Of a stretch of DNA of 64,000 nucleotides, positions 58,406 through 64,000 are shown piece after piece. The notes beneath the pieces were generated by a model. The model was not told the DNA's origin. It saw only the letters and a list, made by a program, of their open reading frames with translations, and did not search any database. Position 1 is the first letter of the stretch. Each line of letters opens with the position of its first letter. Source of the stretch: Patescibacteria group bacterium (GTDB lineage Bacteria; Patescibacteriota; Kazan-3B-28; UBA10110); assembly GCA_016936175.1 (NCBI GenBank), contig JAFGPN010000004.1:5726-69725 (forward strand), written 5' to 3'. The position numbers and the translations under genes are program-made.

Positions 58406-60547
58406 TTACTCGATCTCCAAATACTGTCCAATAGCCTTACCGAGATAGGCTGCGGCTCGCCGATTTAATGGCCACTGTCTATAATCGCCGCTATCCGAGT
58501 TGATCTTTTGCTGGTCAAACCCGATAAAGCCCTGGATCGAAAAGTAGCCCTCAGAAGTCTCGTAGGATTCTACTCCCGATTGCTGCAACCCCCCCCTGAT
58601 CTTTCTGACCCGTTCTGCACAGATCGAACAGTGGTCACTCCCGCAATGGCGGGCCGAAAATTTGATAGAGCCCAGATCAGTCAGTTCAAACGATCGTCGG
58701 TTGGTCCAATCGGCAATCTTTACTCCTTGCGAAAGCAGAGTAGATTCTTTGGCTACCAATTGATTTGGCTTGAGCGCATTCTTGTAGCCAGATTCCGGCA
58801 GATCATAAAGCGCTGCCAATCGATTAAGCTCAGAGTTAATCTTCTTAACCTCAATCCGCTCTGTATCGCTCAATCTGTCCTCCGGATACCCCATCAGATC
58901 GACTCGAACGTCATTAGGGATTATAACGTCTCCCTCTTTCCATTTAGCTTCCAGAAATTCTCCCAGTTCTTTTTGGGCAAACTTTGATAGATCACTCAAT
59001 GTGGAACAAAACCGACGCATGTCCGTCCCGGGGTAAACATCCCCCCAGCGATAACTATTCTCGTTCGGCGGGCTAGAAGCCTCAGAGTCAACTTGATGAA
59101 CTTTTAACGATCTGCAATCGGGAGATACCGCCACCCGCCACTCTACTCTACCCACCTCGGAATCGAGGGTAAGCTGGGCCACCTCTATATCACAATCATC
59201 TTTCCACATCCCGTCTTCTCGCCAACTTAGGCTGTATTCATCAGGATTTACTGGCACAGGTTCTAACCGCAGATCAACTGGCACCCCCAACTCTTCCTGC
59301 GCTCTTAGCAGTAACCGCGCTTCTGCCAGATCGATATCCGCCTGAAACGCTTTGGTGGAGGCCTCCAACCACCCCCTCCGACTTTGACGGATCTGCCGGC
59401 GCTGACTAAGCAGATTTTCACCTTCATCCCAAGACCTCGGCGATTGAATCCTCTCTTTGGCAGCATCATGCAGTAGTCGACCCATCTTTTTTTGGACGAT
59501 CGGGCTCTCCCAATCCAAACCCTGGCCTGTCAATCTAATTAATAATCGATTAAGGCTACGAATTCCATCAAAGCTACCGACTGCCGGAGTAGCGACCAAA
59601 GCAACCACTACTTCTGGCCCGATTTGATGGGATTTTACAAAATTACAAAACAGCTCATTGCTACATCCCCAAGATTTCTGGTTAAGTAGCTTTGATAGGT
59701 CGCGATGTTCTTTGGCCAGACCTTTAGCATCAGCAATAGCCGACTCCAATTCTGGCGATGATTGCTCGATGATCTTTTTGCTATCGGCTATCTCTCGCTG
59801 TTCTACCAGCTCCCTGGCGGCCCGCAATCTTCCGTTTAACTCAACCGAGTTAGTATTTAGCTCCACTCGACGCAGAGGTTCTTCTGGCAATCTAACTGCT
59901 TGGTAGCTCTCTCGACAAGCTGTTTCCATCTCCGTTTGAGGCCGGTAAACTCGATCTTCAATCAAAAAATCGGTCAGCCACTTAAGGTGGCGATCATTAT
60001 TCAGCCGAATCTTATTGGCTCGCACCTCCTCCCAGCCAGTATCGACTCGTTGCCCGCCCATCGCCACTTTGCCTGGAGCAACGGAAAAGCTACCGTCGCC
60101 CCCCTTCACGGCAGTGACAGAGTGGTAAATAGCCGCGGTGTTGGCCCCGTAGAACGACTTGGCGGCCCGGGTGGCCATTTTAACATCATCGCACACTGCC
60201 ACTAACTGTTCCGTCTGTTCGCTTTCGCTGCAATCACCCCAATCGTCATAGTCTTTTTCGGTCTGCCGACTAGTTACTACCCAGATCTCTCCATCGGCCC
60301 CGAAATGTTCCCTAAACTGACGAGTAAGTTGATCGCGCGCAGCTTGAACATTTTCTTCACGAGTATCACTGGCTGCCCTATTTGCCTCGTTGAATTGAGA
60401 TTTAGCAGCCTCAATCCTGGATGAATACTCTGCATTGATACTAGCGACCCCCCGGTTGGCATCACTCGCAAAAACTTGTTTCAATCGCAGTCGAGGCGAT
60501 GCGCCGTCCACTCTTAATGAATCGATTTTCTCTGAAGATCTCTTCAT
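58406..60547 (-). CDS. Large hypothetical protein (713 aa)
   Basis: Long ORF with coiled-coil N-terminus and a CGSDHCSIC cluster near the C-terminus; directly downstream of the sigma gene. Confidence 0.7.
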   Translation of the reverse strand: MKRSSEKIDSLRVDGASPRLRLKQVFASDANRGVASINAEYSSRIEAAKSQFNEANRAASDTREENVQAARDQLTRQFREHFGADGEIWVVTSRQTEKDYDDWGDCSESEQTEQLVAVCDDVKMATRAAKSFYGANTAAIYHSVTAVKGGDGSFSVAPGKVAMGGQRVDTGWEEVRANKIRLNNDRHLKWLTDFLIEDRVYRPQTEMETACRESYQAVRLPEEPLRRVELNTNSVELNGRLRAARELVEQREIADSKKIIEQSSPELESAIADAKGLAKEHRDLSKLLNQKSWGCSNELFCNFVKSHQIGPEVVVALVATPAVGSFDGIRSLNRLLIRLTGQGLDWESPIVQKKMGRLLHDAAKERIQSPRSWDEGENLLSQRRQIRQSRRGWLEASTKAFQADIDLAEARLLLRAQEELGVPVDLRLEPVPVNPDEYSLSWREDGMWKDDCDIEVAQLTLDSEVGRVEWRVAVSPDCRSLKVHQVDSEASSPPNENSYRWGDVYPGTDMRRFCSTLSDLSKFAQKELGEFLEAKWKEGDVIIPNDVRVDLMGYPEDRLSDTERIEVKKINSELNRLAALYDLPESGYKNALKPNQLVAKESTLLSQGVKIADWTNRRSFELTDLGSIKFSARHCGSDHCSICAERVRKIRGGLQQSGVESYETSEGYFSIQGFIGFDQQKINSDSGDYRQWPLNRRAAAYLGKAIGQYLEIE

Positions 60548-60563
60548 AACAATTTTCCCTTAA

Positions 60564-61787
60564 TTAAGCCGATAAAATCATGTTTACTGATATCTTATTT
60601 TTTCTTATGTAATTGCGAATTTTCCTAATAGCGTCCATTTCGATCTGGCGCACGCATTCGCGCGAGACATTGTGGTCTCGGGAGATAGCCTCGAGTGACA
60701 AATCGTAATCACCGCGGTCTGGCCGATCTAGCCCGTTACGGCGCAACAGTACATATTTTTCGGTTGGGGTAAGCGCTTCTGCCAGCATCTTTTCCAAACC
60801 CCTCCGGGCTATCTCTCGACTCACTAGCTCTTCCGGCGATAATTCCCTACCAAGTAGTTCTTGGTCGTTATTGCCCAAAAGACTCACCTCTGCTCTACCT
60901 GCTAAGTCTAATAACTCTGGAACTCCGCATAAGCTGGTAGCGGCACCGGCGCCCAGCTGATCGTTTTTTTGATGATTATTCATAGTCTCATCCTCCATAA
61001 TGGAGCGCGCCCTTCTGGCCGAATCCTGTACATTGTCAGGTATATGTACCAGGCTCCTGGATTTAGTAAATCTAAGCATCGTTCCATAGATACATTTCCA
61101 GGCATAAGAACTAAAACGATATTTACTATTTGGATCAAAATTCTCAACAGCGACCAGCAACCCAATGCCCGCCTCTTGGATCATGTCCTTACGATCACTG
61201 CCAAAGATGTAACTAAAACGCTCATTGGCAATCTCAAACACCAACCCCACATGTTGCATGGCAATCAAGTTTCTCATCTCGTCTCTGGCCAATTCGTTAG
61301 CCGATACTTCTTGCGGACGTCTCCAGGTAGAACCAGTAATACGAGAACTCATCGGTTTATACGGAGCCGCCTGCTTCAGTTGGTCAAATTTAAGCCATTG
61401 TTTTCTGCTAACATCCTCGCTGACCCGCTCGATAATTGGATAGTGTGGATTACGAGTAGGGTCGTAGTCCAACCGCTTGGCTATATCAAGTGGTTGGCCA
61501 AGTTCATCCTTAAAATCCTGATAAATCTCCTCGAGCTCAAGATACGCGCTGATCAGGTCGCCCACCTGACTAGGCAATTTACACCTATCCGACTTTTTGT
61601 ACTTAATTACCTCCAGCGGCCGTAATGTTTGGGAATTTGATTTAGCCTCGATCTGTTCAACCTCCCCCGCTCGATCAACCTGATTATCGGGCATGGCAAT
61701 GCTGGCATGAGCGACGCCTTTTTCGTCGAACACAATACCAAAATCTTGGGTGGTTTCGCCAAAAGTTGTTGAATATCTTATTTCCAT
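60564..61787 (-). CDS. Divergent sigma70-family factor (regions 2-4) with novel N-terminus
   Basis: DMIQEAGIGLLVAVENFDP...RFSSYAW and SLEAIS...VSRECVRQIEMDAIRKIR. Confidence 0.85.
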   Translation of the reverse strand: MEIRYSTTFGETTQDFGIVFDEKGVAHASIAMPDNQVDRAGEVEQIEAKSNSQTLRPLEVIKYKKSDRCKLPSQVGDLISAYLELEEIYQDFKDELGQPLDIAKRLDYDPTRNPHYPIIERVSEDVSRKQWLKFDQLKQAAPYKPMSSRITGSTWRRPQEVSANELARDEMRNLIAMQHVGLVFEIANERFSYIFGSDRKDMIQEAGIGLLVAVENFDPNSKYRFSSYAWKCIYGTMLRFTKSRSLVHIPDNVQDSARRARSIMEDETMNNHQKNDQLGAGAATSLCGVPELLDLAGRAEVSLLGNNDQELLGRELSPEELVSREIARRGLEKMLAEALTPTEKYVLLRRNGLDRPDRGDYDLSLEAISRDHNVSRECVRQIEMDAIRKIRNYIRKNKISVNMILSA

Positions 61788-61955
61788 AACTTAAATCGTT
61801 ATAAATAGGCTCCCAGTGCGGATTTATCCTTCGCCAATAACCGAGCCTACTACATGCATAAAAATCTGTCAATACTTTCTTCAAATTATGTCATTGTATC
61901 AATATTGCCAGATTTAATCAACTATGATATAATGTTAAAAGAGTTAACATTTAAT

Positions 61956-62714
61956 ATGAATAAACTAGATAAAACCCTCCAAGAATACGGCCTAAATGTC
62001 AAAGAGGCCAAAATCTACCTGGCGCTTTTAGAGCTCGGTCGGGCCCCGATTTTGGCTATAGCCAAACAAACAAAAATCAAACGGGCCGGTCTTTACTACA
62101 CAATTCAGGGTCTGGTCAAAAAAGGCCTAGCCACCGAAGTTAAAATCGGCAAAAAGCGCTTATGGGAGCCGCTGGAACCAGAACAGTTACTGGCCCGCGA
62201 GGACGAGCGCCATCGGCTAATCACTCACGCCATGCCCGAGTTAAAGGCACTACATAATCTCACTAGCGGTGAAGCGCGCATCACCTACTACCGGGGGTTT
62301 ACTGGTATTAACCGGCTAGATCGAGAGTTGGTCGAATACGCCGCTACCCTACCCAAAGAGCAACGCGAGTTTTTAGAATACGGCAATATTGACGACATTT
62401 TATCTGGAAAGTTCAGCGATCTGGATAAAACCACTAATCGTCGGATAGGAGCCAATACACCGATTAGAATGATCGCCCCCGCTACCCCAACAGCTAAGAA
62501 AAAAGCCCATGACCCGAAGGGGCTACGGCAAGTTATCCTAGTCCCCAACTCTAAACAAGCCGATAATGTTATCTATTTGATAGTTGGCGATAAGATCGCC
62601 CTGTATTCACTGGATGAGAACGACGACCCAGCCGCCGTCTTAATTACCCATCCCGGACAGGCCCGCCTCCAGCGTGATCTATTTAACCTCGCCTGGCGTT
62701 CGCTGGCATCTTAA
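61956..62714 (+). CDS. TrmB-family transcriptional regulator
   Basis: LQEYGLNVKEAKIYLALLELG...IAKQTKIKRAGLY HTH; C-terminal GDKIALYS...FNLAW. Confidence 0.88.
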   Translation: MNKLDKTLQEYGLNVKEAKIYLALLELGRAPILAIAKQTKIKRAGLYYTIQGLVKKGLATEVKIGKKRLWEPLEPEQLLAREDERHRLITHAMPELKALHNLTSGEARITYYRGFTGINRLDRELVEYAATLPKEQREFLEYGNIDDILSGKFSDLDKTTNRRIGANTPIRMIAPATPTAKKKAHDPKGLRQVILVPNSKQADNVIYLIVGDKIALYSLDENDDPAAVLITHPGQARLQRDLFNLAWRSLAS

Positions 62715-62720
62715 ATTACA

Positions 62721-62749
62721 TTGACCCAGAGCTGATTTTCTGGTATAAT
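62721..62749 (+). promoter_or_regulatory. Sigma70 promoter, leaderless configuration
   Basis: TTGACC-17 nt-TATAAT, 5 nt before ATG 62755. Confidence 0.8.
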
Positions 62750-62754
62750 AAAAA

Positions 62755-64000
62755 ATGGAACCTAAATCCCCCAACCCATCGTCGGGCTCTGAGCAAGAGC
62801 GACTAATTGGCCAAACCTACGACGAGTTGGCCCCGACTTATGAATCAAAACTTCGGGAGATTGGCTATCGAAATCTCCACGCGATCAAAGAGATAATGAC
62901 TAGCGAACATGCTACGCATGGAGCCGTATTGGATTTGGGTTGCGGCCCAGGAAATTTGGCTAGGGTCTTAGGGCCAAACTTTACTTACTTTGGGGCAGAG
63001 GTCTCTCCTCGGATGGCTGAACGAGCCCGGGCCATGGGTTATGCCGATGTTTACGAACGCAGCATCGAAGATGTCTTGCAGGCGATCCCCTATGAGGATG
63101 CGTTTGACTACGTGATCGCCAGCAGCTCTCTGCAGTTCATTGCACCAGAAAAACTGGGCGATGTGTTGCTCAAAATGCGACAGTTGGCCCGCAAGGGAGT
63201 TATTTTTACTATTGATGGCGTTCCCCAACAACTACGCGACAAAATGGAAGAGGCCACCAAGATTAAAACTTATAGCCATCTTAGTGCCCCGGCTGAAGAT
63301 ATTTATAGCATTAGGCCGGGGGCCTGGGCAACTCGAAAGCACCCCCCAACATTAGTCGAACGCCACTACAATGTGGGCTGGAAGTCTCCCCATACGGGAA
63401 TCGAAGTGCCAGTACAGGTATTGGCTGAATTTTATCCTCAGCAAACTGGCACCTCTGTTCTTCATGAGAGAAAAAATCCTTGGGAGCCCACAAAAAGCCT
63501 CCCCGAAAGCGAGCTAGCAAAATGGCGTGAAATTTTGATCGGTCAAGATGAGAATTGGCCCAAACACCTCAAAAGAGACAAGTGGGGATTATCGCCCGAC
63601 AGCTCTGTGGATCTTAAGGCATTCGGCTTTGATCCTGATTGGACTCCCATTGATACTCGTATTCATCCGGAAATAATCGATACTGAAATGCAATGGATAT
63701 TGGACCCGATAAATCGCCTGCCATATATAAAGGTTTTAAATGGTAACGTTGGTTTCCCATCAGAAAAAATTGAACATACTATTAATTATATTAAGTCGCT
63801 TGGAGCAACGGAGGAGCAGATTTCTGTTGCCGAGGCTATGCCCCCCTATCCCGGTGGGTACTTGCAGTTTGCTCTCGACTTTGCCAATCCGGCAACCAGG
63901 CGCTTTTTGGCCTTACTCAAAACCAAAACACAAGATTGGGCCAAGCTTAATCCAGAAATAAAAATGCAGATCACCGGAGCCGTTTCGCCTGCGCTCCACT
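62755..64000 (+). CDS. Class I SAM methyltransferase fused to an unknown C-terminal domain (runs off the window)
   Basis: Manual translation: MEPKSP...YDELAPTYE...VLDLGCGPG...FDYVIASSSLQF. The frame appears open to the window end, which explains its absence from the ORF track. Confidence 0.82.
   Translation, partial: MEPKSPNPSSGSEQERLIGQTYDELAPTYESKLREIGYRNLHAIKEIMTSEHATHGAVLDLGCGPGNLARVLGPNFTYFGAEVSPRMAERARAMGYADVYERSIEDVLQAIPYEDAFDYVIASSSLQFIAPEKLGDVLLKMRQLARKGVIFTIDGVPQQLRDKMEEATKIKTYSHLSAPAEDIYSIRPGAWATRKHPPTLVERHYNVGWKSPHTGIEVPVQVLAEFYPQQTGTSVLHERKNPWEPTKSLPESELAKWREILIGQDENWPKHLKRDKWGLSPDSSVDLKAFGFDPDWTPIDTRIHPEIIDTEMQWILDPINRLPYIKVLNGNVGFPSEKIEHTINYIKSLGATEEQISVAEAMPPYPGGYLQFALDFANPATRRFLALLKTKTQDWAKLNPEIKMQITGAVSPALH

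Noticed and set aside
1..64000. CRISPR array, rRNA genes, prophage or additional VR copies
   Set aside because: No regularly spaced repeat-spacer units, rRNA-like sequence or phage structural genes were seen, and no second TR match was found by eye.
1..64000. Alternative genetic code (TGA recoded)
   Set aside because: Conserved genes are full length under code 11, and TGA terminates several of them at the expected positions.

Overview
Chromosomal window from a small-genome bacterium, inferred to be CPR/Patescibacteria from gene content, many apparently leaderless genes and dense short palindromic repeats; the genetic code is standard code 11. Housekeeping genes lie mostly on the minus strand: gyrA, murB, rarA, cysS, recR-ybaB, dnaB, dnaX, an ftsQ-like gene, murC, truB, metK with a SAM-I-like riboswitch, and ftsI-murF-mraY-murD-ftsW-murG. 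tRNA-Gln is on the plus strand. The main accessory system is a complete diversity-generating retroelement (DGR, about 24481-27246): a target gene with a 3' variable repeat, a 130-bp template repeat (17 mismatches, 16 at template adenines), an Avd-like gene and a DGR reverse transcriptase. avd and RT overlap head-to-head across one C7/G7 homopolymer (25543-25549). As sequenced, both ATG-started frames stop after 23 codons, and removing one base restores both, which suggests a shared phase-variable ON/OFF switch or else a homopolymer sequencing error. Other observations: two small GIY-YIG nuclease genes that look like insertions (one duplicates the tRNA-Gln promoter and 5' end, one splits an sdpR-sdpI-like pair and is bracketed by palindromes); palindromic repeats read in frame inside cysS, dnaX and the RT and inserted in the riboswitch; a multi-copy ~200-nt structured intergenic repeat; a ~600-nt structured non-coding stretch; and two atypical sigma70 proteins. 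All product calls come from motif recognition by eye, with no database searches.
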